A stretch of DNA of 64,000 bases from Lysobacterales bacterium. Its GTDB lineage: Bacteria > Pseudomonadota > Gammaproteobacteria > Xanthomonadales > SZUA-5. Below, piece after piece: positions 27,014 through 36,981 of this stretch (position 1 is the stretch's first letter; each line of letters opens with the position of its first letter). The notes beneath the pieces were generated by a model, which was not told where the DNA came from, ran no database searches, and saw nothing but the letters and a program-made list of their open reading frames with translations. The stretch is from positions 26,263-90,262 of the forward strand of contig JALHMH010000015.1 in assembly GCA_022844165.1 (NCBI GenBank), given 5' to 3'. Both the position numbers and the translations under genes were made by a program.

Positions 27014-28294
27014 CTACTGCCGCTCCAAAATCATCGCCACGCCCATACCGCCCGCGGCGCAGGCGGTGATCAACGCGCGGCCGTGGCCTCGTTCGGCGAG
27101 CTGCTGCGCGGCTCCAATGAGCATTCGACCGCCGGTTGCGGCGAAGGGATGACCTAAGGCGAGGCTGCCGCCAGCGAGGTTGATTTTGTCGACATCGATA
27201 TGGCCTAAGGTGGCCGTGAGCCCGAGTCTGTCGCGACAGAACTTGACCGATTCTGCCGCGGCGATGGTCGACAGCACCTGCGCTGCAAAAGCCTCGTGGA
27301 TTTCGATGATGTCGAAATCGGCGAGCGTAAGCCGGGTCCTGGTCAAGAGGCGGGAGATGGCCACTACGGGCGCAATCAACAGTCCCTCGCCTCCGACAAA
27401 ATCCACCGCCGCAACTTCCGCATCAATCAGCGCAGCCAGCGGTGTATGGCCGTGCGCTGATGCCCAGTTCGCGGTGGCCAGTAGCACTGCGCTGGCGCCG
27501 TCGGTCAATGGCGTGGAGTTGCCGGCCGTCAGCGTACCTTGTCCTGACATTTTATCGAAGGCAGGTTTCAGGCTGGCGAGCTTTTCGAGTGTCGTGTCCG
27601 GCCGCAAAATCGTGTCGCGGCGGATTCCGCCGAACGTGAGTAACGAAGCGTCGTAGAAGCCGCGGTCATAGGCTGCCGCGGCACGTTGATGACTCAGCAG
27701 CGCCAGGCGATCCTGATCGGCGCGAGAGATCGCCCAGGTCTTGGCCATCATCTCGCAGTGCTCGCCCATGCTCTTGCCGGTGCGCGGTTCGCTCACCTGC
27801 GGCGCGCTGGGTTTGAGTTCCTTGAACACAAATCCCTTGAATGCGGCAAGACGTTCGCCGAAGGTCCTGGCTCTGCTGGCGGCGAGCAGCCGCGCATTCA
27901 AAGTGCGATTGAGTACCAGCGGTACTTCGCTCGATGAGTCACTGCCGCCACCGATGCCGACCTCGATCTGTCCCAGGGCGATTTTGTTGGCGACTGCGAT
28001 CGCCGCTTCGAAACCGGTGCCACAGGCACGCTGCAGCGTAAGTCCAGGCGTGGTTGCGGCAAGGCCTGTGCCCAAGACGATTTCGCGTGCCAGATTGAAG
28101 TCGCGCGAGTGCTTCAAGACAGCGCCGAACGCGACATCGCCGAGCTCCTGAGCTTGCAACTGGAAGCGCTCTACCAACTTAGCGACGACTTCGGTGCCAA
28201 GTGCGAGATTTCCGAGCTCAGCAAACGCCGTGTTCTGGCGGCAGAAGGGCGTGCGCACGCCGCCGAGAATGTGCGCCAAGGGTTTGCGGTTCAT
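27014..28294 (-). CDS. Acetyl-CoA C-acyltransferase (thiolase)
   Basis: 'LQRACGTGFEAA' (active Cys), 'NLAGGSLALGHPFAATGGRM' and 'ACAAGGMGVAMILE' are thiolase signatures. The start is at the internal ATG (MNRKPLAHILGG). Confidence 0.9.
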   Translation of the reverse strand: MNRKPLAHILGGVRTPFCRQNTAFAELGNLALGTEVVAKLVERFQLQAQELGDVAFGAVLKHSRDFNLAREIVLGTGLAATTPGLTLQRACGTGFEAAIAVANKIALGQIEVGIGGGSDSSSEVPLVLNRTLNARLLAASRARTFGERLAAFKGFVFKELKPSAPQVSEPRTGKSMGEHCEMMAKTWAISRADQDRLALLSHQRAAAAYDRGFYDASLLTFGGIRRDTILRPDTTLEKLASLKPAFDKMSGQGTLTAGNSTPLTDGASAVLLATANWASAHGHTPLAALIDAEVAAVDFVGGEGLLIAPVVAISRLLTRTRLTLADFDIIEIHEAFAAQVLSTIAAAESVKFCRDRLGLTATLGHIDVDKINLAGGSLALGHPFAATGGRMLIGAAQQLAERGHGRALITACAAGGMGVAMILERQ

Positions 28295-28483
28295 CCGTTG
28301 TCTCCGTTCGGAGATTGGGATGTTACGCCGGTCAGAGGCCAGGGTCTTGGACCGGACCGCAGTCGCCCAGCGAGATCGATAACATCGATTTGCCCCAACG
28401 GGGCAACGCATACCAGCCCAGGGTGCAACCCTGGGGTATCAATGCGAATGCGAATGCGGTCTGAGGGAACGCCGCATAGGTAC

Positions 28484-29812
28484 TTATAAAATGTAGCGGC
28501 TCAAATCCTCGTTCTTGACCAGCTCGGCGAGGTGCTCATCGACAAAGCGACTATCGATGGTCACCTCGTCGCCGCTGCGATCGGAGGCGTCGAACGACAG
28601 CGACTCGAGGAGTTTCTCCAGCACGGTGTGCAACCGCCTGGCGCCGATATTTTCCATGCGCTCATTGACGTGTGCCGCGATTTCCGCCAGACGGCGCACG
28701 CCATCGCCGGTGAATTCGATACGCAAACCCTCGGTGCCCATGAGCGCAACGTATTGCCGCGTTAAGGCATTCGACGGCTCGCACAGGATGCGTTCGAAGT
28801 CGTCAACATTAAGCGCCTGCAACTCGACTCGGATCGGGAACCGGCCCTGCAATTCCGGGATGAGATCCGACGGTTTGGCCAAATGGAAAGCACCCGAGGC
28901 AATGAACAGGATGTGGTCGGTCTTGACGGTGCCGTACTTGGTAGAAACGGTCGACCCTTCGACCAGCGGCAGCAAGTCGCGTTGCACGCCTTCGCGCGAG
29001 ACATCCGCGCCGCCATATTCGCCGCGGCGGCAGACCTTGTCGATTTCGTCGATGAACACGATGCCGTTCTGTTCCACGTTGTAGATTGCCGCGGATTTGA
29101 TCTCGTCCTCGTTGATCAGCTTGGCGGCCTCATCGTCGATCAGCAGCGCACGCGCTTTGCCGATCGGCAGCTTGCGCTTCGTGCTGCGTTGGCTCGCCAG
29201 ATTTTGGAATAGACCTTTCAACTGGCTGGTCATTTCTTCCATACCCGGTGGCGCCGCAATCTCGATGCCGAGCGATTGCGCCAGATCGATCTCGATTTCC
29301 CGCTCGTCGAGCGCGCCGGCGCGCAATCGCTCCCGCAGCTTTGCCCGAGTTTCATTGTCGCGGTCCACCGAGTCGGACGGATTGTGATCGAAGCTCAGTC
29401 CCTGGCGCCGCGGCACGAGCGCATCCAGGATGCGTTCCTCGGCGCGTTCTTCGGCTGTGGATTTGACCTTCTCGACCGCCAGTTCGCGTGCCAACTTGAC
29501 CGCCGCATCGGCGAGATCGCGAATGATGGTTTCGACATCTTTGCCGACGTAACCAACTTCGGTGAACTTCGTTGCTTCAACCTTGACGAACGGTGCGTTC
29601 GCGAGCGCCGCCAACCGGCGTGCGATTTCCGTCTTGCCAACACCGGTGGGGCCGATCATCAGAATGTTCTTGGGCATCACCTCGTTGCGCAGCGCGGGAT
29701 CGAGCTGCATGCGTCGCCAGCGGTTACGCAAAGCGATCGCGACAGCGCGCTTGGCAGCGGACTGGCCGATGATGTACTGATCTAAAGCGGCGACAATGGA
29801 TTTCGGGGTCAT
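28484..29812 (-). CDS. hslU: ATP-dependent protease ATPase subunit HslU
   Basis: '[25 protein letters not shown]' and '[22 protein letters not shown]' are canonical. Confidence 0.97.
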   Translation of the reverse strand: MTPKSIVAALDQYIIGQSAAKRAVAIALRNRWRRMQLDPALRNEVMPKNILMIGPTGVGKTEIARRLAALANAPFVKVEATKFTEVGYVGKDVETIIRDLADAAVKLARELAVEKVKSTAEERAEERILDALVPRRQGLSFDHNPSDSVDRDNETRAKLRERLRAGALDEREIEIDLAQSLGIEIAAPPGMEEMTSQLKGLFQNLASQRSTKRKLPIGKARALLIDDEAAKLINEDEIKSAAIYNVEQNGIVFIDEIDKVCRRGEYGGADVSREGVQRDLLPLVEGSTVSTKYGTVKTDHILFIASGAFHLAKPSDLIPELQGRFPIRVELQALNVDDFERILCEPSNALTRQYVALMGTEGLRIEFTGDGVRRLAEIAAHVNERMENIGARRLHTVLEKLLESLSFDASDRSGDEVTIDSRFVDEHLAELVKNEDLSRYIL

Positions 29813-29912
29813 TTTCGATGGCCGTTTTGCGCGTGGCAGGTTGTGGGTAGCGAGCTTTGGTCGTGTGGCCCGGTGCTGACCGCCATCCAGGCAACGAAGA
29901 CCAAACCCGGTC

Positions 29913-30458
29913 CTACAACTCCTCCAACGTCAAGTTGTGATTGGTGTAAATGCAGATGTCGGCCGCAATGTTGAGTGCACGTTCGACAATCTCGCGCGGG
30001 CCAAGCTCCGTGTTTTCCAGCAGCGCTTTCGCCGCCGCCTGCGCATAATTGCCGCCGGAACCGATCGCGATCAGCCCTTGCTCGGGCTCCAGAACATCGC
30101 CGTTGCCGGTGATGAGCAGCGATGTTTCGCTGTCGGCAACCGCCAGCAGCGCTTCGAGGCGCATCAGTCGCCGCTCGGTGCGCCAGTCTTTGGCCAGTTC
30201 GACAGCAGCGCGCGTTAGGTTGCCGCCATGTTTTTCGAGTTTTGCGTCGAACAATTCGAACAATGTAAATGCGTCCGCCGTCGCGCCTGCGAAACCGGAC
30301 AGCACGTTGCCTTTGCCCAATCTGCGGACTTTGCGCGCATTGCCCTTAACAACGGTATTGCCGAGCGACACCTGGCCGTCGCCGCCCATCACAACGCGGT
30401 TGCCGCGGCGCACGGAGAGTATGGTCGTGCCGTGAAAAGATTCGCTCATTGGAATCAA
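29913..30458 (-). CDS. hslV: ATP-dependent protease subunit HslV
   Basis: '[37 protein letters not shown]'. The start is ambiguous (30458 or 30449). Confidence 0.95.
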   Translation of the reverse strand: MIPMSESFHGTTILSVRRGNRVVMGGDGQVSLGNTVVKGNARKVRRLGKGNVLSGFAGATADAFTLFELFDAKLEKHGGNLTRAAVELAKDWRTERRLMRLEALLAVADSETSLLITGNGDVLEPEQGLIAIGSGGNYAQAAAKALLENTELGPREIVERALNIAADICIYTNHNLTLEEL

Positions 30459-30710
30459 CGTGACTCAGGAAGCCCAGTTGTGGGGGCGGTCCATCAAGAA
30501 ATCAAATGGCTGGATCGTGAGAACCGAGGCAACTCAAGCCGCGTTCGTTCACCTGAGAGCGGTTTGAATAACCTACTGCGCGGGCCGATGGCTGCGTTGG
30601 ACGGTGCTCGCTTCCTTGCCTATCGACTTGATATGTCTGCGTCGCTCCGCGCCGTCTGCCTTGCCCTCGGCCCGCTCACTACGGTTATTCAAACCGCTCC
30701 TGAGATTGTC

Positions 30711-31790
30711 TTAGCGAAATTCGATCACCTCGACTCCATAACCGGCAAGCCCAAAATAGGGGCGCGCTGTGCCCAATACGATGATCTTCCGAGCGCCCAA
30801 ATCGGCCAGAATCTGCGCGCCGATGCCGGTGGTGCGCCAGGGTTGCGCCGGCGTCGACTCGGGCGGCTCGCCCAACAAGCGACGCAACTGCGACGATGGG
30901 TCTGATCGGTCCCCAAGCACAATGACCACGCCGCTTGGCGCCTGCGCGATGGTAGTCATCGCATCGCGCAGCGATAGCCCGAAATCGCCGCGCTCGATTC
31001 CGAGCAGGTCGCTCCAAATATTCTTGTTGTGGACACGCACCAGAGTCGGGCTGTCCGAGTCGATGACACCTTGAATCAACGCGTGGTGTAACTCATGGGT
31101 CAGAGTGTCTCGGTACACGATTAACGAGAACTCGCCGACTGCTGTCCGGACCAATTGCTCCGCGACTCTTTCGACCGTTTTTTCGTTGCCCAGGCGATAG
31201 CGAATCAGGTCTGCGATGCTGCCGATCTTGAGTCCGTGTTGGGCTGCGAAGAGTTCCAATTGTGGGCGCCGCGCCATGTGGCCGTCGTCGCTCATGATTT
31301 CGACCAGTACGCCGGCAGGTTCATGTCCGGCCAAACAAGCGAGGTCGACGGCTGCTTCGGTATGCCCAGCACGCGCCAGTACACCACCAGGTTGCGCGGC
31401 CAGCGGGAAAACGTGGCCCGGTTGCACCAGGTCGTCCGCGCGAGCCTGCGCAGCGACCGCGGTGCGGATCGTATGCGCCCGGTCGTAGGCCGAGATGCCG
31501 GTGGTGACGCCGCTGGCGGCTTCGATAGAAACGGTAAAGGCGGTGCCCATTCGTGTGCCGTTGCGCGCCGTCATCGGTCCGAGTTGCAGGCGTTTGCAGC
31601 GCTCCTGCGTCAGCGCAAGGCAGATCAGGCCGCGCGCGTGGCGTGCCATGAAGTTGATGTCGTCAGGCCGCACGCAGCTGGCGGCCATGATCAAATCGCC
31701 TTCGTTCTCCCGGTCCTCATCATCGAGGACCACCACCATCTTGCCAGCGCGGAGATCGTCGAGAAGCTCGGGAATGGTATTGAAAGACAT
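30711..31790 (-). CDS. ribBA: Bifunctional 3,4-dihydroxy-2-butanone-4-phosphate synthase / GTP cyclohydrolase II-like protein
   Basis: 'VVVLDDEDRENEGDLIMAA', 'GLICLAL' and 'RAGHTEAAVDLA' are DHBPS motifs, followed by a C-terminal GCHII-like domain. The start is at ATG 31790. Confidence 0.9.
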   Translation of the reverse strand: MSFNTIPELLDDLRAGKMVVVLDDEDRENEGDLIMAASCVRPDDINFMARHARGLICLALTQERCKRLQLGPMTARNGTRMGTAFTVSIEAASGVTTGISAYDRAHTIRTAVAAQARADDLVQPGHVFPLAAQPGGVLARAGHTEAAVDLACLAGHEPAGVLVEIMSDDGHMARRPQLELFAAQHGLKIGSIADLIRYRLGNEKTVERVAEQLVRTAVGEFSLIVYRDTLTHELHHALIQGVIDSDSPTLVRVHNKNIWSDLLGIERGDFGLSLRDAMTTIAQAPSGVVIVLGDRSDPSSQLRRLLGEPPESTPAQPWRTTGIGAQILADLGARKIIVLGTARPYFGLAGYGVEVIEFR

Positions 31791-31985
31791 GCGGTATGGT
31801 CGATGAGAACCGTCGCGCAGTCTAACGGCTGCTCGCCGTGCATGCGTCGACTTGTCGCGATACGCGTTGGTTCTCGATTCCACCGTCGCACCTGTTCAAG
31901 CGGGCGTTGGCGTCGGTTGGAAATGCGGTGATACACGTTGTCCGGATTATCTCGTCGCGCATGTTCGAGCGTGCGTCAGCGAAAA

Positions 31986-32447
31986 TCACTGATTCTCGAT
32001 GGGTTTGGCATTGCGCTGCAGGTCGCGCGTTGCGCGCCTGGCGTTTCGTGCCCGGTCTTCCCGTTGACCAACCGTCAGGCACAGCTCTCGCGGCAGGCGG
32101 CTGCCGATCGGTGCCTCTTTGGTGCAGACGATCCGGTTCTTATTTCTGATTCGTAAATGTTCGTCCAACTGCGCTCGCGCATTGTCAAGAACTTCGCGAT
32201 CGGCTGCGCTGAGATCGGCAAGGCTCGAGCTGCGTTTGGCAATGTTGGCAATCGCGCGCGCAGCTTCCGTCGCGCGTTCGCGGCTGAATTTCGACAGTTT
32301 GCCGTACTGGCCGGCGCGCGCCAGCTGCATCGCCAATTCGGTCTCGCTGGCGATCTCGGCCAACTCCAGCTGGCGATCGGTTTCTGTGATAGCCACCGCG
32401 TTGCCGAACATCATCAACATAACCACCCAAAGTGCAATGCGCTGCAT
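31986..32447 (-). CDS. Hypothetical secreted protein
   Basis: The ATG at 32447 gives signal peptide 'MQRIALWVVMLMMFGNAVA'. I recognise no family. Confidence 0.4.
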   Translation of the reverse strand: MQRIALWVVMLMMFGNAVAITETDRQLELAEIASETELAMQLARAGQYGKLSKFSRERATEAARAIANIAKRSSSLADLSAADREVLDNARAQLDEHLRIRNKNRIVCTKEAPIGSRLPRELCLTVGQREDRARNARRATRDLQRNAKPIENQ

Positions 32448-32685
32448 ATCACCGGCCCCTATCACGTTGTTGAGGACTCGCTCTCCATGGATCAAGCACT
32501 TACGTGCTCGACCCAATTGCGAATCATCCTATGGTTCGCGCCCGCAGGCCGTTTCTCAACAGCCTGCTATGCGCTGACAATCCATTCCCAAGGCCAAGAG
32601 ATAATCACAGGGTGGCACAGCTGGCAAATTAAAATTCGAAAAGGCACGAAGCGGGCGGTGCTGTTGGGTGATCGGCGTCGATCGT

Positions 32686-33258
32686 TCAGGTCAGACGTGC
32701 GAGCGGCGCGATACGGCAAAGAACAACTTCGCCGCCGCCGTCCAGCACGGCCCGGCCGCCTGAGCCGTCGCCGCTCAGAAGCAAGGCATGCTGTGCACCA
32801 AGCCACTGGCTGCGTTCGCCTGCGCGCAGCGTCGCTTCGCCGCTGACCAGATACACGAGCCAGCTCACGTCGATTTCATTGAACAGCACCATGGCGCCGA
32901 CGAGTGGCCGCGGCAGCAATTTGGCATCGATGAGGTGTGGGTCGTAGATCAAGTTGAAAACCGAGCACGGGAAATCCCCTTGCGCGTTGCATGGTGTATC
33001 GCTTGGGATCGTCTGCGCGCTCAGGCGCGGCGCGATGTCAATGCGGCGCTCATCGACGTCCAATGTGAGCGGTCCGCCGTCGAGCAATGCGATCAGCCGA
33101 GTCTTGCCAGGGAAAGCGGTGAAATCGCCCGCCGCATCGATGCGTGCGACGCTTGCTCGCCACTGCCAGGGATCGCCACCGCGGGCGATTTCGCGGGTTG
33201 CGCCATGTGACCAGGGGGACACACGCTGCGATTGTGGTTCGATACAGGTCAACTTCAC
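32686..33258 (-). CDS. hutD: HutD/Ves family protein
   Basis: 'RVSPWSHGATREIA...WRASVARIDAAGDFTAFPGKTRLIALLDG' matches the HutD pattern. The GTG start overlaps the upstream stop. Confidence 0.7.
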   Translation of the reverse strand: MKLTCIEPQSQRVSPWSHGATREIARGGDPWQWRASVARIDAAGDFTAFPGKTRLIALLDGGPLTLDVDERRIDIAPRLSAQTIPSDTPCNAQGDFPCSVFNLIYDPHLIDAKLLPRPLVGAMVLFNEIDVSWLVYLVSGEATLRAGERSQWLGAQHALLLSGDGSGGRAVLDGGGEVVLCRIAPLARLT

Positions 33259-33743
33259 TTCTTGGCCCTGGAAATCATTGTCGTTCTAATGCCTTCCGCA
33301 AAGTCCACAAAACACTGATCGAACTGATAGGAGAGAAGCGGCCACTCACGAGAGAAGTGGGGATTCTTAAAGCAGTCTTCCAAATATCCAACCCATCCCT
33401 GCCACTGAACCTTTCGAAAACCAGATCGTGTATCGCGATAAAGCAAGAAAGCTCGTTCGTGCAGACTCAATAGCAGGCAGAAAAGTAGCTGCATTCGTTT
33501 CCGCCGTTCGCCGCTGAGCGGTTCCGTTACGTCGCTGCCATTCCCGAACGCGGGCAAGTCCGGATTTTCCAGACAAGTCCTGAGATAAGCGTCATAACAA
33601 TCACCCAGCGTAGAATACGTGCGACTTTCACGATCTTTAATCTCGCGAAATTTGCCATAGACGAAGACGCCGATGCCAACTGGCACGCCCAGAAGTTGAA
33701 TCCAGAGGATCAACAGTTCGATAAGTTCTTTCGACAAGATCAT
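33255..33743 (-). CDS. Hypothetical N-terminally membrane-anchored protein (AT-rich islet)
   Basis: One TM segment, 'LLILWIQLLGVPVGIGVFVY'. I recognise no family. It lies 2 nt downstream of the SET gene and overlaps the hutD start. Confidence 0.45.
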   Translation of the reverse strand: MILSKELIELLILWIQLLGVPVGIGVFVYGKFREIKDRESRTYSTLGDCYDAYLRTCLENPDLPAFGNGSDVTEPLSGERRKRMQLLFCLLLSLHERAFLLYRDTRSGFRKVQWQGWVGYLEDCFKNPHFSREWPLLSYQFDQCFVDFAEGIRTTMISRAKK

Positions 33744-33745
33744 TC

Positions 33746-34123
33746 CTAGATAAAGTCCAGATGCGAGCAGTCTGCCATGAACTCTCGATAGTCTGAAGTG
33801 AGTTCCGTATTTTCCGGAATGCGTTCCCTGGCGAATCCCAAGCCCTCTCTTGTAAAATCCGTATTGGGCGATCGAGAGTGGTTAATGAACCTGCCCGCTG
33901 TGGATTCGTAATAAATCGGCCCGTCAATGACTGACCGCCAGGCATGTATTTCAAGTTCGTTGCGAACGTCGAATGGTATCGTGTTCCATTCTTCCTCTGT
34001 GAAAATCAGGTCGAAGCGCTCGTCAAAGCGCCATATGAGTTGGCCCTTTTCAATATTCGTTCTGGTAAAGACACCTACGCCGGAAATTGGGCTTGGGGCC
34101 ACGAAGACTGGAATTATAAACAC
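33746..34123 (-). CDS. SET-domain protein (putative protein lysine methyltransferase)
   Basis: 'GVGVFTRTNIEKGQLI', 'GRFINHSRSPN' (NHSxxPN-like) and 'ELTSDY' are SET-domain core motifs. The protein is 125 aa and AT-rich. Confidence 0.75.
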   Translation of the reverse strand: MFIIPVFVAPSPISGVGVFTRTNIEKGQLIWRFDERFDLIFTEEEWNTIPFDVRNELEIHAWRSVIDGPIYYESTAGRFINHSRSPNTDFTREGLGFARERIPENTELTSDYREFMADCSHLDFI

Positions 34124-34384
34124 GACAACCTCTGCGTATTAAAATGACAATGAGTTCCAAGAACTGTGTTTGGGCACCTTGTACCTATCTCCGATCAAAC
34201 GAACGGACGACAGGACAACACGCTGCATCCGGAGCGAATCATGGCCAAGTATGACAGCGGAGCGCGCGGGTTGAAGCCTTCAACGAGCAGTCGCCTGCCG
34301 CTCTTTTGCTCGGCGGCTCGGGTCGGCATACTCCGACAGCTGGCCGGCGAGCTGCCGCAGCGCCGCAGGCATAGGAACCTCCGC

Positions 34385-35215
34385 ATGAGCGATTCAAAGC
34401 CAGTATTCGTAGAAGTTGCGCCGAATGCCTTCGTTTTTCGCGAGGGCGACGTCGGAACCGATATGTACATCATCGAAACCGGTACTGTCGAGGTGCTCCG
34501 CGAAGCGCGCGGCGGCGATCCGATCGCGGTGCTTGGCGCCGGGGACTTTTTCGGCGAGATGGCCATCTTGGAAGACCAGCCGCGGTTCGCGGCTGTGCGC
34601 GCAACCTCTGCGGCGCGACTGTTGAAGGTCGATCGTGCCGCTTTCGCTGGCATGCTGCGCGACAACTTCGAGATTGCCGTGCGCATCATGCGCAAGCTGG
34701 TGGCGCGGTTGCGCCGAACGGAAGAGCAGTTGCAACAAGCGCAAAATGAGCTGGATTTGTTGCGCCGCGGCGGGCCAGACAAGGCTGCGCCAGTGAAGCC
34801 GAGTCGCGATACAGTCAAGTCTGATGTCGCTAAACTATCGCCGACGCCCAGCAAACGCATTACCCCAATCGATCCGAACACGATCGGCAAACCCATCAAA
34901 TTGGTTCATGCTCCAAGCGGCAGCGAGTTTGCGCTCGCGACGGGCAGGCAAGAGATGCTGATTGGTCGACCAGACCCGGTCACCGGATTGTTGCCAGAAA
35001 TCAACCTTGGACCGTTGGACACTCAGCGCAGTCTGTCGCGGCGGCACGCTAAAATCATCAACGAAGCGGGCATATTTTTTCTGCGCGAAGAAGTCGGTAC
35101 GACGAACGGTACTTTCGTCAACAACGAGCGTATTGCGACCGGGCAAGCGCGTCCTTTGGCACCAGGCGATCAGTTGCGCTTCGGTTCCGTCGAATTAGTC
35201 GTACAAGCGATTTGA
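34385..35215 (+). CDS. Cyclic-nucleotide-binding domain plus FHA domain protein
   Basis: N-terminal 'FREGDVGTDMYIIETGTVEV...GAGDFFGEMAIL...RFAAVRA' is the cNMP-binding signature. C-terminal 'LIGRPD...SLSRRHAKI...GTTNGTFVNNERI' is FHA. The ATG at 34385 follows an AGGAA RBS. Confidence 0.82.
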   Translation: MSDSKPVFVEVAPNAFVFREGDVGTDMYIIETGTVEVLREARGGDPIAVLGAGDFFGEMAILEDQPRFAAVRATSAARLLKVDRAAFAGMLRDNFEIAVRIMRKLVARLRRTEEQLQQAQNELDLLRRGGPDKAAPVKPSRDTVKSDVAKLSPTPSKRITPIDPNTIGKPIKLVHAPSGSEFALATGRQEMLIGRPDPVTGLLPEINLGPLDTQRSLSRRHAKIINEAGIFFLREEVGTTNGTFVNNERIATGQARPLAPGDQLRFGSVELVVQAI

Positions 35216-35226
35216 GGAGGATGGAA

Positions 35227-36246
35227 ATGGCGCTGGATCTCGATAAACTCGATCTGTCGGCAGTCGATTCACTAGTGACGCTCAAAGCCGAACAGGATCA
35301 GTTGGGCGAGCGCCTGAAAGCCATGGCGGCACGACGCGAGCAGGTATCGGCCGCTGTGTTTGCCCGCGTGCATGACGACTATCGGCAGCGCTTCGATGAG
35401 CTGGCGCAGCAGGCCACGCCTCTGAAGGTTGCCGCCGGCGTTGTCTATCGGGCATTGAAGGAAGAGCTTGAAAGCCTCGAAGCCGCCGTTGCGACAGCGG
35501 CGACGGATCGCGAAGAAATCGAGTTCCGCCACAGCCTTGGCGAATTCGACGCAGCGGGACTCAAAGAGCGGTTGGCGGTTGTCGAGAAGCGTTTGGGCGC
35601 GCAAGGCACCCGGCGCGAAGCTGCGATGGCTCTCAAAGCCCGCTTTCTGGCGGTCGTCAGCAGCGAAGCAGAACTCGATTGCGACGATGGCGACACGGCT
35701 CGCCTGACCGCGATGGCCGCGCCCGATGGTCATTCGGCGACGGTCATTGCAGTGCCGGTTGCGGCGCCTCAAGGCGACTACTCGGCGACCATTGTTGCGG
35801 CGCCCGTTGTTGCTCCGCCGCCGCCTCCTGCGGCGGTGGCAACGATGCCGAGCGTTACCCTGGCAGCCGGCGCACCCCCGGCGCAGACGCTGGCGTCTTC
35901 GGCGGCTGCTGGCAAGCCCCTTAAAGCACGCAATCCGGATGCAACCGTGGTGTTCCGTCAGGGCCGGCTGGAGCCGCGCAACGGCGATGCTGGTTCAGTT
36001 GTGCAGACCTTGGGTCTAAAGCCAGTTAGCATCGGCGCGGATGGCGCTTGCGATGTACAGTTGGCCGTTGCTGGCGTCAGCAAAAAGCACGTTGAGATCA
36101 GCATGACGCGCGCCGGTTTTCAAGTGCGCGATGTAGCGGGTTCCAAGATTGTGAAAGTCAACGGTGAGACGATCAGCGAGAAGGTACTCGTTGACGGCGA
36201 CACTCTCAGCGTGGGTTCCGCACAGTTCGGCTTCCGCTTGATGTAG
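35227..36246 (+). CDS. Coiled-coil plus Pro/Ala-rich linker plus C-terminal FHA domain protein
   Basis: The RBS GAGGAGG (35214-35220) sits 6 nt upstream of ATG 35227. C-terminal 'VSIGADGACDVQLAVAGVSKKHVEI...VNGETI...GDTLSVGSAQFGFRL' is FHA-like. Confidence 0.7.
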   Translation: MALDLDKLDLSAVDSLVTLKAEQDQLGERLKAMAARREQVSAAVFARVHDDYRQRFDELAQQATPLKVAAGVVYRALKEELESLEAAVATAATDREEIEFRHSLGEFDAAGLKERLAVVEKRLGAQGTRREAAMALKARFLAVVSSEAELDCDDGDTARLTAMAAPDGHSATVIAVPVAAPQGDYSATIVAAPVVAPPPPPAAVATMPSVTLAAGAPPAQTLASSAAAGKPLKARNPDATVVFRQGRLEPRNGDAGSVVQTLGLKPVSIGADGACDVQLAVAGVSKKHVEISMTRAGFQVRDVAGSKIVKVNGETISEKVLVDGDTLSVGSAQFGFRLM

Positions 36247-36281
36247 CGTTGCGGCCTGGAATTCGATCCTCAGAGGACATC

Positions 36282-36824
36282 ATGGCGCTTGAGATAGGCA
36301 ACGAAACGATCAGCGACTTTAGAGTGTTGCGGTTGAAGGGCCGACTCGATACCGAGACCAGTGCTGACTTCGAATTGGCCGCGCATGATCTTACCGAGGC
36401 TGGCGACAAGCGCTTTATCGTGGATCTGTCGGAGATCAGCTACGTCAGTTCCGCCGGATTGCGCGTGCTGTTGGCGCTCGCGAAACAGACGGACGACACC
36501 TCAGGTGGTGTGTTGCGGTTATCTGGAATGAGCAGCACGGTCAGGCAAGTATTTGATCTTTCGGGTTTTTCGAAACTCTTTCACATCGCTCCCGATCTGG
36601 ATGCGGCGCTTCGCGGCGATGTTGCGGCGGCCACACCGTCGTCGCCGTCAGCAAAGGTCTCACGCACCGCAGCCGACTTGCTCGGCGCCAGCGGCGGCGG
36701 TCCATCCAGACCCGCGCCGCGGTCGGCCGACGTAGGCCGCCAGGCAGGTAGTCTGCTAGGGGCGCCTGCTGCTCCAAAGCGCAGCCTGTGGGCGCGAATT
36801 TTGGGTTGGTTCAAGGGCCAGTAG
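36282..36824 (+). CDS. STAS-domain protein (anti-sigma-factor antagonist, SpoIIAA-like) with disordered C-terminal tail
   Basis: 'FRVLRLKGRLDTETSADFE', 'FIVDLSEISYVSSAGLRVLL' (phosphorylatable-Ser context) and 'LSGMSSTVRQVFDLSGF'. Confidence 0.78.
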   Translation: MALEIGNETISDFRVLRLKGRLDTETSADFELAAHDLTEAGDKRFIVDLSEISYVSSAGLRVLLALAKQTDDTSGGVLRLSGMSSTVRQVFDLSGFSKLFHIAPDLDAALRGDVAAATPSSPSAKVSRTAADLLGASGGGPSRPAPRSADVGRQAGSLLGAPAAPKRSLWARILGWFKGQ

Positions 36825-36846
36825 CCCGGATCTTTTTGACTATCGA

Positions 36847-36876
36847 CCAGCAGGCAGTTGAGACGCTGCCTGCTGG
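36847..36876 (+). terminator. Strong hairpin downstream of the STAS gene
   Basis: CCAGCAGGCAG (36847-36857) pairs perfectly with CTGCCTGCTGG (36866-36876) over 11 bp with an 8-nt loop. There is no U-tract. Confidence 0.45.
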
Positions 36877-36981
36877 TGCGAAGCAGGGATGGTTCGCTCA
36901 TGGATCGAGCACGCATGTGGTTGATCCATAGAGAGAGCGAGTACCGACACGCGTTTTTCAACAACTTTTCAGGAGAAGTTT

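Noticed and set aside
28441-28458. A short tandem repeat, (AATGCG)x3, between the thiolase and hslU genes.
   Set aside because: It has only three units in an intergenic spacer. It is too short to be a CRISPR array or a meaningful VNTR without population data.
31791-31985. Possible FMN (RFN) riboswitch upstream of ribBA. I noticed ATTCCACCGTCG and GTCCGGAT-like strings.
   Set aside because: The similar strings are on the + strand, opposite to ribBA. Their order does not match the FMN aptamer. The near-invariant GGGTGAAATTCCC core is absent on either strand. A cmsearch with the Rfam FMN model would settle it.
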